A stretch of DNA of 64,000 nucleotides, taken from Bdellovibrionales bacterium. GTDB taxonomy: Bacteria; Bdellovibrionota; Bdellovibrionia; Bdellovibrionales; UBA1609. Under the pieces are notes generated by a model. That model did no database searches and was not told the origin of the DNA. It saw only the letters and a program-made list of their open reading frames with translations. The first letter of the stretch is position 1. The number at the start of each line of letters is the position of its first letter. The stretch covers positions 131,105 to 195,104 of the forward strand of contig CBDHDF010000004.1 of assembly GCA_965261545.1 (NCBI GenBank). The letters are read 5' to 3'. Below, piece after piece: positions 19,946-30,334 of this stretch. The translations under genes were made by a program, and so were the position numbers.

Positions 19946-21487
19946 TCACACTCCCCCCGTTGTGACGCTCACACCGTCAATGAGAATATAGGGCGCCTGG
20001 CTTCCTCCCAGCTGACTGTGAATCGTGGAGCCTATAGCTACAATGTTTTTAAGCACTTCAAAGGCATTGCCTGAAACCATAACTTCTTGGACCCCATGAC
20101 TGCGTTCCCCATCGTAAACCCACCAAGAATTTTTGGCCACACCAGAAAAATGGCCTGAAATGGGGTCACAATTCCCACTAAAACGCTTCAAAACTAAACC
20201 TGTTTCCAACTGTTTATAAAGTAATTCTTCAGAAACCCCCTGACTTTGAGAAGGTGCCATCTTTATATTGGAAAAGCCAATGGAAGGAAGAGCCGAAGCT
20301 CCACCCAATGCATTGCCCGTGGGAGAAACTCCTGCTTGGTGGGCACTAAAGCAATTATGGGCTACGAAATTCAAGTGTCCTTCTCGAAGAATTTCCTGTG
20401 GAGAAGTGGGAACTCCCTCTCTGTCAAAGGTTCTCCAACCCTCGGGACGATTCTTATCTAAGGGATCCTCCATGACCTGAAGTCCCTTAGCACCCACAAC
20501 ACAACCCACTTGATCTTGCCAAGCACTCACTCCATCGAGATGGTTTTTACCATTGGTATTAAAGGAAATAACAGGGCCCAGAATATCCATCACAGCCACG
20601 GGGTGAAGAAGCACAGTTCCATGGTAGGTTTTGGCGGGGCGAGGCCCCAAAGAATCCACCACAGATTGACGAAATCGCCCTATGGTACGCAAAATACCTT
20701 CTTCGATTTCAAGGGCACGACTCACACAACCACCGTCATAATCAAAGCTTGTCACCTCTTGGGCTGTCTTGGCCATTCCCATGGCAAACCAAGTGTACTG
20801 GGTTTGCTTAGCTTTTTGACAAACTCCACGGGAATTCATCACGCTGAAAAACTGCTCTGTGCAAGAAAACTCCGCACGATCCAAGGTCATCTCTTTGGCT
20901 CGATAGGCTTCATCCACAACTCGCCCAAGCCATTGGTAGGCATCTGAAGAAGAAAGGTCGTTGAGGCTTTCGCTCTCAGCATCCATCTCAGTCTTATTTT
21001 TGCTTTTGCCCTCACTTTCATCTTCGCCCGGATTTTTGCTTCTATTTCCAATATTGCTTCCTGTATTGTCTCTCCTTAAAGCCGCTGGATCCGCAAGTTG
21101 ATGGTGCTCACTTGGAATGGAAAAACGAGCCAACTTTTGAGCCTCATCAGCCACCTCAAGAAGTGTGGATACTTCGTTGGAGTTGGACGTGGCAAACCCC
21201 AGTTGTCCATCCACAATGGAACGAACTCCATAGATCGCCGTGCTGTTGCTCTTACTTACAGAGAAATCCCGACCTTCGTAAACCACATTGAACTCGTTGG
21301 TGTGTTGAGCATAAACCTCTCCTGGTTTTCCCTGAAGTCGCTCTAGGATCATTTCACTGTTTTTAAGCAGTTGTTTTTGGATGGAATCTTGTTGTGCAGA
21401 CCCTTGCTGTGAAGAACCCTGCTGTGCAGAATCCTGTTGTAGAGAACCATGTCCGAAAAAGCCTTGTCGTAAAGAACCGATTCTCAT
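19946..21487 (-). CDS. pmbA: TldE/PmbA family protein
   Basis: FDREGVPT, TGNA.GG, SGHFSG and VMVSGN motifs; ATG overlaps the tldD stop (TAATG). Confidence 0.85.
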   Translation of the reverse strand: MRIGSLRQGFFGHGSLQQDSAQQGSSQQGSAQQDSIQKQLLKNSEMILERLQGKPGEVYAQHTNEFNVVYEGRDFSVSKSNSTAIYGVRSIVDGQLGFATSNSNEVSTLLEVADEAQKLARFSIPSEHHQLADPAALRRDNTGSNIGNRSKNPGEDESEGKSKNKTEMDAESESLNDLSSSDAYQWLGRVVDEAYRAKEMTLDRAEFSCTEQFFSVMNSRGVCQKAKQTQYTWFAMGMAKTAQEVTSFDYDGGCVSRALEIEEGILRTIGRFRQSVVDSLGPRPAKTYHGTVLLHPVAVMDILGPVISFNTNGKNHLDGVSAWQDQVGCVVGAKGLQVMEDPLDKNRPEGWRTFDREGVPTSPQEILREGHLNFVAHNCFSAHQAGVSPTGNALGGASALPSIGFSNIKMAPSQSQGVSEELLYKQLETGLVLKRFSGNCDPISGHFSGVAKNSWWVYDGERSHGVQEVMVSGNAFEVLKNIVAIGSTIHSQLGGSQAPYILIDGVSVTTGGV

Positions 21488-22887
21488 TATTGAGCCCCCC
21501 CCACAAGCAGTTGACAACGCAAGTAGGGACCTCCAGCATCAACCTTGGCAGGCTGGCCTTTTCCACAATAGCCAGACCCTAGGTCCCATCGAAAATCCTT
21601 ACTGACAGCATCCACAGACTTCAAAACATCAAAGGCTTTCCCCGAAACAGTGAGTTCTCGAACAAAGCTCCTCAATCGACCCTTTTCAATGCGTCGAACT
21701 TTGGAGGCTCCAAACATAAATTCCCCCGTGGCATCTGCTTGCCCCCCACCGGGGCCATCGATATAGTAACCTTCTTCAATGCCAGCAATCATGTCATCTA
21801 AATTATCTTCCCCAGGTTCAATATAAGTGTTGCGCATACGAATGAGAGGTTCATCGTTAAAAGCCCAAGCCCTTGCGTTTCCTGCGGGCTCCACACCAAA
21901 TTCAAAGGCAGACTCTCTGTTGTGAAGGTAACTGACAAGTTGACCCTTTTGGATGATCGTCACTTTTTTGCACAAAACACCTTCGTCATCCACGGGAAGC
22001 TCTCCTCCTGCGCCCCCACAGTATTCACTGTGGCCACTATCGCAGAGAGTGACTACGGGGGAGGCCACCATTTGGTCTAATTTTCCCGACGCCACAGACC
22101 CTGCCCTCACAAAATCAGCTTCTACAGTATGTCCAATGGCCTCATGGCTGAGAAGTCCCACCATGGCGGGAGCTAAAATAACAGTCTTTTTGCCACCTTC
22201 TCCCTCGGGGGCCTTAAGCATCTCCACGGCTTCTTCGGCAGCTTGACCAATGAGTTGTTCAATGGGTTTATTCTGAAACAGGCACTCCCAACTCCCCGTG
22301 CCTCCCACACTTTCTCGGCCATAGGAGCGAAGGCTTCCATCGGCACCAAAGGCCAATAAACGAAGTTCAGGCCGGGCCAACTGAATATGGCAGTGGGCAC
22401 CATCAGAGGTGAGAATCATTTTCTCTTCAAAGATCTCTGAATACAAACAAGAGGCCGCTTCAATTTTTTGAGCCTCTGCGCTGAGTTGTTGTTCGGTCTT
22501 TTTGACAAAATCAAACTTTTCCTCCATGGGCATAGCCCATAACTCTTTGTACCCTGGAATAACAAAATTCCCTTGGGCAAGACGCTGGGTGGCTTTAAGT
22601 TCAATTTTTTGTTTTTTTCGAGGAGCTAAATCCTGCGCCAACTGCTGAGCTTTTTGCAAGGCTTGCTCCAAACCCCCAGGGGAAAGATCGGATGTGGAGG
22701 CAAAGCCCCAGGTTCCATCAATAAGCACACGAATCCCCACCCCACCAAATTGCTTCGAACTCATTTCATTGACCTCTCCCTTCCGAACACCCAAAGAGCG
22801 GCGACGCTGATTGTGATATCGAATCTCTGTCCAATATTGAGCTTGGGACAAAGTGCGCTCAAGCTTTTCTCTCAATGAATCTTCCAT
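21487..22887 (-). CDS. tldD: TldD metalloprotease
   Basis: HEAIGHTVEAD, DDEG, PLIRMRNTYI and CGKGQP motifs. Confidence 0.92.
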   Translation of the reverse strand: MEDSLREKLERTLSQAQYWTEIRYHNQRRRSLGVRKGEVNEMSSKQFGGVGIRVLIDGTWGFASTSDLSPGGLEQALQKAQQLAQDLAPRKKQKIELKATQRLAQGNFVIPGYKELWAMPMEEKFDFVKKTEQQLSAEAQKIEAASCLYSEIFEEKMILTSDGAHCHIQLARPELRLLAFGADGSLRSYGRESVGGTGSWECLFQNKPIEQLIGQAAEEAVEMLKAPEGEGGKKTVILAPAMVGLLSHEAIGHTVEADFVRAGSVASGKLDQMVASPVVTLCDSGHSEYCGGAGGELPVDDEGVLCKKVTIIQKGQLVSYLHNRESAFEFGVEPAGNARAWAFNDEPLIRMRNTYIEPGEDNLDDMIAGIEEGYYIDGPGGGQADATGEFMFGASKVRRIEKGRLRSFVRELTVSGKAFDVLKSVDAVSKDFRWDLGSGYCGKGQPAKVDAGGPYLRCQLLVGGAQ

Positions 22888-22991
22888 AAAAATCACCCTA
22901 CCATAAGTCGTTTTGGTTGTTAGACGACAATGCCATACGATCACTGAATTGCAAAAATCAGGTGATGGCCGACGATGTGAGCTGCTACTTT

Positions 22992-24053
22992 TCAATGAGA
23001 AGAATATCTATGAATAACTTCAAGAATAGCTTCTTTGGCTTGGGAGGTGAGTTCGGGGTTGGCTTTTAAGGGCTTGCCGACAAAACGATCTTCCACTTCC
23101 CACATGGCAACATATCTGGGAGGGCTTCCTTGAAGTCGTGAACCCTTAAAGGTTTTTTTGCCATCCATGACCTCACGCCAAACAGAGCGCAGAAGAGTCC
23201 AAAATTCTTTTCTGGGCTCGGACCAATCCTGAGCGGCTTGGCAATGGTTATTTGGTAGACGCACGTACCAATTCCGGCCATTTTCTTGAGCTAGGGGTGT
23301 TTTTTCTCCCTTGGACCAAATCATCTTGGTGTTATCTTGTCTTTCCAACCAGCTTGTTCCAAAGGTTGTAACTCTCGAAGTTCGCATGAGTGTGTTGTAG
23401 TCTCTACGCCCCATATCTCTTGTCTCTCGCCCAGGGATTGGAGAGTAGCTGGAGCAAGTCCAATCTATTTCGGGTCCATTGATGCGAATATTGCTGGCGC
23501 ATTGATGTCTTGGACCATTATCCAAGCTTGTGATTTTGCGTAGCCATAGTTCCTGGCGCCATGGTTTTTGTTCTGGTTCTCGGTGGGTCGCTAAGGGTTG
23601 GGGAATCCAAGTTTGCGGTCCCGTGAACTCATACCAAAAGGTTGGGCTTTGCTCCCAAATTTCGGTATGATGTTTAAGCATACTTCCCTCAGTGTGGTAC
23701 CCCGATGCGTTCGTGCCAAAGAGAATATGCTGTAGAACAATTTCATTGCCCTCTCTCACCGAGAAAATCCACTCTTTTACAAGGCTGCTTTCATTGACTT
23801 TATAAACCCTTGTATCTTTTTTATAACCTTCGTCAATGGCTTTTGTCTCATAGTAACTGTAATCAACGAGGTAGCATCCTGCTAAACTCTCCACCTTGCT
23901 AGGGGGAGCCAAGCTGGTGGCTTTTGCTAGGGTGGAGTGGAACAGTGATGCTGAGCAGACCCATACCAAGAGAGCTGTAAATATCGTCTTAAACATCACT
24001 TTAAAGGTCATATTAACTATCATCTTTCGACATACGGATATTTTATTAGACAT
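22992..24053 (-). CDS. Secreted protein, probably DUF6607 family
   Basis: Signal peptide; AGCYLVDYSYYET, IVLQHIL and PIPGRE..DMGRRDY motifs. Confidence 0.6.
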   Translation of the reverse strand: MSNKISVCRKMIVNMTFKVMFKTIFTALLVWVCSASLFHSTLAKATSLAPPSKVESLAGCYLVDYSYYETKAIDEGYKKDTRVYKVNESSLVKEWIFSVREGNEIVLQHILFGTNASGYHTEGSMLKHHTEIWEQSPTFWYEFTGPQTWIPQPLATHREPEQKPWRQELWLRKITSLDNGPRHQCASNIRINGPEIDWTCSSYSPIPGRETRDMGRRDYNTLMRTSRVTTFGTSWLERQDNTKMIWSKGEKTPLAQENGRNWYVRLPNNHCQAAQDWSEPRKEFWTLLRSVWREVMDGKKTFKGSRLQGSPPRYVAMWEVEDRFVGKPLKANPELTSQAKEAILEVIHRYSSH

Positions 24054-24238
24054 TTTTTTTATCTCCCTTTATTCTTGTTTGTTCTTAATTAATTCTCAAT
24101 GATTCCTATGATTCCTATGATTCTTGACTCATTCTTTTATTTTGTAAAGCTGCGACTGATTTAATGACGCATTGATCCAGCTACATGTTGATTCAATGAG
24201 GAGAATATCTGCTCCAGTAGTTCAAGTGTCATAATGTC

Positions 24239-26077
24239 TCAAGTGTCATAAAGATCTACCCATTTGCCAGCGATGGGAAATCTTCGTCCCCGACCAAAAC
24301 TACGTTGGGTGACCTTTAATATAGGGGGGGCCTGCCACCTCTTAAACTCACTCTTGTAAAGCATTTTGAGAACATCTTTTTCCACAGCTGTTGTTGGTGG
24401 GACTTTTTGTTCAACTTGTCTTTCAACGTAGGTATCGAGTTTTGAGTAGGGGGGGAGACTGTCTTCGTCCTTCTGGTTCGGTCTTAATTCTGCTGAAGGG
24501 GGGCGTTCCAGAATTTCATGGGGAATCCATCCTTTGCTTTTGTTGTAGAGCTTGCATAGTTCGTAGATATCTCTTTTTAATAGGTCACCTATGGGGCATA
24601 GCCCTCCCGACAGATCTCCATAGAGAGTGCTGTAGCCCACGGCCATTTCGCTTTTGTTGCTTGTATTCAAAAGCAAACTTTTTTTGTGATTGCTATAGGC
24701 CATTAAAAAAAGGCTTCGCAGTCTCGATTGTATATTTTCATGAACCAAGCTAAAGGCCATGGGGCCAAAGCAATTTTCGTAACTATTCAATACGCATTGA
24801 TAGCTTTCTGAAATAGGAAGTACTTTTAAATTGATTTTTAAAGTGTTTGCCAATTTTTTAGCCCACACGAAGCTCTCCTGTGAATTAAAGGGGCTTGGCA
24901 TAGCAAAAGCTGTCACATGATGGGGACCAAAGCTTTCGACGGCGAGGCAAGCAACGAGTGCTGAATCAATGCCTCCACTTAAACCCAAGTGAACATGTTG
25001 AAAACCTGTTTTGTGAACAAAGTCTCTAAGTCCCATGACAAGAGCTTGACGAAGCTTCTTCGTTTTATGAAAGGGAAGAGCTTGAAGTGGAGAATCTTGA
25101 GGCGAGGAAGTTTGTGATGAAGACGTTTCCTTCAAGTGAAATGATTTTAGTAAGTCTAAGTCGCATAGGTTGAAAATGTTTAAGTCTTCTTTAAAGTAGG
25201 CACTTTGAGTGTGGATAGTTCCATGGGGAGTCATGACAAAACTTCCTCCATCAAAAATAAGTTCATCTTGCCCCCCCACAAGGTTGACATAAATAAGAGG
25301 AGCCTTAAGTTGTTGGGCAATCGTGCGGGTGATGCTATACCTCATTTCAGCCTTTTGATGGGTAAAGGGAGATGCGCTTAAATTGATAATTAGGTCAATA
25401 GATTCATGTCTTATTTCTTCCAAGGGATTTCTTTTATATTTAAAGCCCTGTTGTGGGTGACTTTCAAAATCACATGTATCAAGGGTGCCAGCGTCGTCCC
25501 CCGTGTTCATGCTTTGGGCATGAATATTCCGGTTGTTAGTGTCCCAGTTATTCGCATCCCAAATATCTTCGCAAATAGTGACCAAGACCTTTTGGTTTTC
25601 CAATGTAAAAATATTTTCTACAAGGATACCAGGTTCAAAATAGCGTTCTTCATCAAAGACGTCATAATTTGGAAGAAGCTGCTTGGAAAAGAACTTGAGG
25701 GGGTGAGGTGGGTTTATAAGAATCGCTGAATTGTGATATGGTTTTCCCAGTGGTCCGTTATTTTTTGTAATGGCTCCAATAAGAACGGAAATTTCTTTGG
25801 GAATTTTATGGTTCAGCCAGGTTATCATTTCTTCTTGTCGTTGAACAATTTCCGGTCTCTCAAGCAAATCCATGGGAGGGTAACCAAAGAGGCAGGCTTC
25901 TGGAAAAATGACGAGGTGACAATTTTGATTAAGAGATTCATGGGTGAAATGTAAGATTTTTTCAGCATTGGATTTAAAATCTCCCAATGTGGAATTCATT
26001 TGTGCCATGGCAATGCGTATAGAACTATTCATTGTGGGATTATTCATTTTAAAATCATTTACCATAGAACTATCCAC
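24239..26077 (-). CDS. nadE: Glutamine-dependent NAD+ synthetase
   Basis: Nitrilase domain (FPE, LPNYDVFDEERYF, ICEDIW) plus LGLSGGIDS and NKSE. Confidence 0.95.
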   Translation of the reverse strand: MDSSMVNDFKMNNPTMNSSIRIAMAQMNSTLGDFKSNAEKILHFTHESLNQNCHLVIFPEACLFGYPPMDLLERPEIVQRQEEMITWLNHKIPKEISVLIGAITKNNGPLGKPYHNSAILINPPHPLKFFSKQLLPNYDVFDEERYFEPGILVENIFTLENQKVLVTICEDIWDANNWDTNNRNIHAQSMNTGDDAGTLDTCDFESHPQQGFKYKRNPLEEIRHESIDLIINLSASPFTHQKAEMRYSITRTIAQQLKAPLIYVNLVGGQDELIFDGGSFVMTPHGTIHTQSAYFKEDLNIFNLCDLDLLKSFHLKETSSSQTSSPQDSPLQALPFHKTKKLRQALVMGLRDFVHKTGFQHVHLGLSGGIDSALVACLAVESFGPHHVTAFAMPSPFNSQESFVWAKKLANTLKINLKVLPISESYQCVLNSYENCFGPMAFSLVHENIQSRLRSLFLMAYSNHKKSLLLNTSNKSEMAVGYSTLYGDLSGGLCPIGDLLKRDIYELCKLYNKSKGWIPHEILERPPSAELRPNQKDEDSLPPYSKLDTYVERQVEQKVPPTTAVEKDVLKMLYKSEFKRWQAPPILKVTQRSFGRGRRFPIAGKWVDLYDT

Positions 26078-26202
26078 TCCACTATGAGACCATCATAAGA
26101 TTATACATTGTCACGGTCCCTCAAATGAGTGGAGATATGCAAGTCAATTGTGGAGTTATGCAAAGGTATGAATGGTTATATAGCAATTTATGGATTCTCT
26201 AA

Positions 26203-26622
26203 TTATGGGTTCTCTAAAACGGGAGGCTCAGCTTCCTGGTGAAATTGGCGACCCCATTCGGTGATACTTATCCTCTTGGAAAAACCATCATTGTACCCAT
26301 GCCAGTAAAGAATAATGGGCTCGGGATACTTCCAGCAGAAATAACCATCACCAGAATCGAAATCTACAATCCACAGGCCCTTAGGGTGAACTCCAAGCTG
26401 TTTTATTTTTCTATTCCAAGCTTGAATGTTATGTTCAATAGACTCTTCGATTTCTTCAATTTTGTCTCTATCTTTGTGACCTTGATGGCTCAGCTGATGC
26501 ACCAAGCGATCAACAACTGTACTATACTGTTGGCATATTCTACGTATAATAGGAAGAAGCTCATTGGCCTTTTCTAGAGAAAAAACCTTGTCTCCTTTGC
26601 ATATGGATATAAACTCACCCAC
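26203..26622 (-). CDS. DUF2203 family protein
   Basis: FSLEKANELLP...GLWIVDF...CWKYPE..I.YWH...GFSKR. Confidence 0.8.
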   Translation of the reverse strand: MGEFISICKGDKVFSLEKANELLPIIRRICQQYSTVVDRLVHQLSHQGHKDRDKIEEIEESIEHNIQAWNRKIKQLGVHPKGLWIVDFDSGDGYFCWKYPEPIILYWHGYNDGFSKRISITEWGRQFHQEAEPPVLENP

Positions 26623-26758
26623 TAAATACCCCCCCCCTTTTTTTTTTAGTGACTTCTTACCTAACTAGTTAGTTGAAAGAAATCTAGAGGGCAAGTTTAA
26701 AAAATAAGAACTGCAATTTAACAGATGATATCATAAGCAAACCTTATTATTAAAATTA

Positions 26759-28724
26759 CATAGTGGTCCCTTTAATTGGCCCTAGACATCAAACCATTTT
26801 GAAACAAAATATCTCAAGTCACTGAAATAACATGTGAAAAATGAGTGAAAATTGTCAACTTTCTACTCAGATTATCAGGACTTTAGTCCTGATATAGATT
26901 GTATAGGAGATTGACAAATGGAGTACCTGCACAAGTTAGCACGGCCAAAGATGCCTGCGATGAGAAGCACATAAATATTGCTGTACTGAAGTCGGAGAAT
27001 AAGAAAATTGACTTATCAATCAAGAAGTTGCGTCACGACATAAGCCGCCTTGGACGCAAGACTTTAGCTACCACGAAGAAGGCTGACAGATTGCAGCATC
27101 ATTTGGACTTAATATATTAATTATCACAATTTAAACAGAATTATGCTCGTTGCATAGTTCATAATTGTTAAATAATTGTCTATACATACCGATAAGATTA
27201 TCCCAGAAAAATAACATAAATTATCGCTTTTGCATATCAGAGGAAATAAGATCACATATTATTTTTGATAAATTATTAAATAATACGGAAAATGTTTTCT
27301 GATTCTCTTTTGCGTTCTCATAGGCGATACCTTTATAACCTAATTCTTCTTTTGAAAGCTCAAAAATAGGCTTATTGTAGTCTTGTGAACAAGAAATAAG
27401 AGAATTAAAATCAGGGATGTTAATTAAGTTGTAGGGTTTTTCTCTCTGAACATATTTTTTAAATTGATCCTCATCTATAACCATATTAACTTTTTTAAGA
27501 TTTTCCGCCAAAGGTGAATGAGAGGCTTCTTGTATTCTGTCAATCCACCTCTGAAAAGACTTTGCCTTGTCTTTGCCATCATCCTTGGAAGTTTTGTAAG
27601 GTCTATATTTTTGGGAAATAATACCTAACATTTTCGGAGGATTTTTAGGTAGCGAGTTTTTCACTTTCGGAGATCTGAAGTCTCTAAAATCATCTAACCA
27701 TTGTGGCAACATGGTCGATAATGAGTTAATTGCTTGGAAACAGAAAAAGTCAGGTGAAGTAGGAACAATAAAATAGTCACTACTCATAAGTATGCATCTA
27801 TTTAAAGCCGATGCACTTGGACTCATATCTATTAAAACAAAATCATATCCAAAAACTTTTGAAGTCTCCTTTATAGTTGCATAAAATGCGCCAACAAATT
27901 GTTGTGAAAATTGAATAAATCTACCACCTGCCAATGCCAAGGATAAAGAAATATCTAATTCGGACATTCCAATGTTACCAGCCGCAACAAACAAATTGTT
28001 ATTTTTAGTACCTGTTTGTTTAATTGCTACCGGATTTAAGCTTGAACCTTCTATAATAGGATTAATGACTGAAAAAATATCATCATTCTTTTTACTATCG
28101 TAAAATGCTTCAAAGTCGTTGGTAGAGTTCAAACCCAAGGTGTAGGCTGTTAAGTTACACTGTGGATCAGCATCGACCATTAAAACCTTATAGCCATTTG
28201 ACGCCAAGCTCCATCCCAGATTAAAGGTTGTAGTTGTCTTGCTCACTCCGCCTTTATGATTAAATAAAGAAACTACATGGCTCAAGGCACACCCCCATCC
28301 CCTATTGCTACCACATATTTGGCTTTGCTTGAAGTTTAAACCTTCTTCCGATAATTTATCTTACGGAAATTTTGCAATGCATTAATATTGCGCAGCGATG
28401 TATCGGTAAGGAAGGCGTTGCTCCTCAAGACCCTTTCTCGAAAAACACCATAAATGGGTTTCTTTGTTGCGCATGGGACTTTACACCGATGGCATGGGAT
28501 TATGAGGTTGAAGCCAAAGAAAACTATGGAAAGGAAGTCCAAAAAAAGCCCTCTCTACTTTATTAAAGTTGAGGACATCCTAGGCGATATTCTGATTGAC
28601 TCGGATAAGAAAATGGAGATTGAGAATTTGTATCAAGAAAAGATATCGTCTTAAAATGACACACTATATAATACGAATTGTCACTTTCTCATTCTGAATA
28701 GGACCAATTAAAGGGACCACTATG
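26759..28724. mobile_element. Non-autonomous TIR-bounded cassette (1966 bp) carrying a ParA-family ATPase
   Basis: 26-bp terminal inverted repeats CATAGTGGTCCCTTTAATTGG(C/T)CCTA with 1 mismatch. 8-bp direct repeat TAAAATTA at 26751-26758 and 28725-28732. AT-rich interior; no transposase ORF. Confidence 0.85.
27221..28285 (-). CDS. ParA-family ATPase (orphan, passenger gene)
   Basis: NHKGGVSKTT deviant Walker A, DADPQCNLT and IDMSPS; no parB nearby. Confidence 0.88.
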   Translation of the reverse strand: MSHVVSLFNHKGGVSKTTTTFNLGWSLASNGYKVLMVDADPQCNLTAYTLGLNSTNDFEAFYDSKKNDDIFSVINPIIEGSSLNPVAIKQTGTKNNNLFVAAGNIGMSELDISLSLALAGGRFIQFSQQFVGAFYATIKETSKVFGYDFVLIDMSPSASALNRCILMSSDYFIVPTSPDFFCFQAINSLSTMLPQWLDDFRDFRSPKVKNSLPKNPPKMLGIISQKYRPYKTSKDDGKDKAKSFQRWIDRIQEASHSPLAENLKKVNMVIDEDQFKKYVQREKPYNLINIPDFNSLISCSQDYNKPIFELSKEELGYKGIAYENAKENQKTFSVLFNNLSKIICDLISSDMQKR

Positions 28725-28819
28725 TAAAATTATTAAAAATGGGTAAATTTTGGCTCAATGGACCTCTATTTAATGGAGCTAATGGAGAGGATTCGTTTGG
28801 TGGGTGGGTAAATTCTTAC

Positions 28820-28878
28820 TTAAAAATGCTTAAAAAGAATGCTTAAAAAGAATACTTAAAGAGAATACTTAAAGAGAA
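28820..28878 (+). repeat. About four degenerate copies of a 13-bp tandem repeat (TTAAA(A/G)AGAAT(G/A)C)
   Basis: Seen directly upstream of asnS. Confidence 0.75.
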
Positions 28879-28971
28879 GTTGTCGTATGAAGTTGTCGCC
28901 ATTTGACGCCATATGTATAGGAAGATGGGGTGGATCTAAGTATAAGGAGCCGAAAAGAAATGGGAGATATT

Positions 28972-30264
28972 ATGAGATCATATATTTCAGACCTTAAAAA
29001 ACATATAGGGGAATCTGTCAAGTTGCGAGGGTGGGTTTATAACCATCGTACATCGGGAAAAAAAGTTAAATTTTTACTTCTCCGGGATGGTACTGGCCTA
29101 TGTCAATGTGTTTATTTTCAAGGGGAATCTGAAGACGAGGCCATGGAGCTATTTTCGAAATTGACACAAGAGTCATGTGTCACTGTCACAGGAGTTGTTC
29201 GAGAAGAACCCCGTAGTCCTGGTGGTATTGAGCTTGGTGCAAAGACTCTTCGAATTGACTCTGAATCTGTGAATTATCCCATCACACCTAAGGAGCATGG
29301 CACTGAATTTCTCATGAATCATCGTCATTTGTGGTTGAGGTCCAAGAGGCAGCATGCCATGATACGCATTCGTGCGGAGTTGGTGTCGGCCATTCGTGAT
29401 TTTTTTGACCATCGAGGGTTTACGCTCACCGATGCTCCTGTTTTCACATCTAGTTCTTGTGAGGGAACATCCACTTTGTTTGAAACAAAATATTTTGACG
29501 AAAAAATGTATCTTTCCCAAAGTGGTCAGCTCTATATGGAAGCCACGGTGGCAGCTTTTGGAAAGGTTTACTGTTTTGGCCCTACGTTTCGAGCTGAAAA
29601 GTCAAAGACAAGAAGGCATCTTATTGAATTTTGGATGGTGGAGCCCGAGGTGGCTTTTGCCGATTTAGATGATAATATGGATCTTGCCGAAGAATTTGTA
29701 GAATACATTGTACAAAGAACCTTGAAAAATCGTGCAGAGGAACTCAAAACATTAGAGCGAAATACGCTAGCTTTGGAAAAGGTGAAAAGACCTTTCCCAA
29801 GAATTCACTATAATGAAGCCGTAGAGATTATTTTCAAGGAGAATCCTCAATTTGCCAAAGGGGAAGACTTTGGAGCTAGAGATGAAACCTTGATTAGCTC
29901 CCAGTTTGATCGGCCGGTTTTTGTTCATCGCTACCCTAAGGCCACCAAAGCTTTTTATATGAAAGAGGATTCTGATGACGAAACGGCCTGTCTAAGTTGT
30001 GACCTTTTGGCCACAGAGGGTTATGGGGAGATCATTGGTGGGGGTCAGCGTGAAGATAATTTGGAAGTTTTGCAGCGAAAGATTCTAGAGCACCGCCTCT
30101 CTTTGGAGGATTTTCAATGGTTTTTAGACATACGCCGTTATGGATCTTTTCCTCACTCTGGCTTTGGCTTAGGTTTAGAGAGGACAGTGGGTTGGATATG
30201 TGGAGCCACCCACGTTCGTGAAACAACACCCTTTCCAAGGCTCTATGGGCGCCACAGTCCTTAA
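28972..30264 (+). CDS. asnS: Asparagine--tRNA ligase
   Basis: [32 protein letters not shown] and [10 protein letters not shown] motifs. Confidence 0.93.
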   Translation: MRSYISDLKKHIGESVKLRGWVYNHRTSGKKVKFLLLRDGTGLCQCVYFQGESEDEAMELFSKLTQESCVTVTGVVREEPRSPGGIELGAKTLRIDSESVNYPITPKEHGTEFLMNHRHLWLRSKRQHAMIRIRAELVSAIRDFFDHRGFTLTDAPVFTSSSCEGTSTLFETKYFDEKMYLSQSGQLYMEATVAAFGKVYCFGPTFRAEKSKTRRHLIEFWMVEPEVAFADLDDNMDLAEEFVEYIVQRTLKNRAEELKTLERNTLALEKVKRPFPRIHYNEAVEIIFKENPQFAKGEDFGARDETLISSQFDRPVFVHRYPKATKAFYMKEDSDDETACLSCDLLATEGYGEIIGGGQREDNLEVLQRKILEHRLSLEDFQWFLDIRRYGSFPHSGFGLGLERTVGWICGATHVRETTPFPRLYGRHSP

Positions 30265-30334
30265 AGCGGGACGAGTTTTTGAGGTTTTAGAGCTTTAAGG
30301 CTCTTAGAACTTTTAAAGCTTTTTAATAGGGAGA

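Noticed and set aside
21381..21605. Metallothionein-like ORF MESCCADPCCEEPCC...
   Set aside because: It is the antisense shadow of the QQ(G/D)S repeats in pmbA and the tldD end, fully overlapping real genes.
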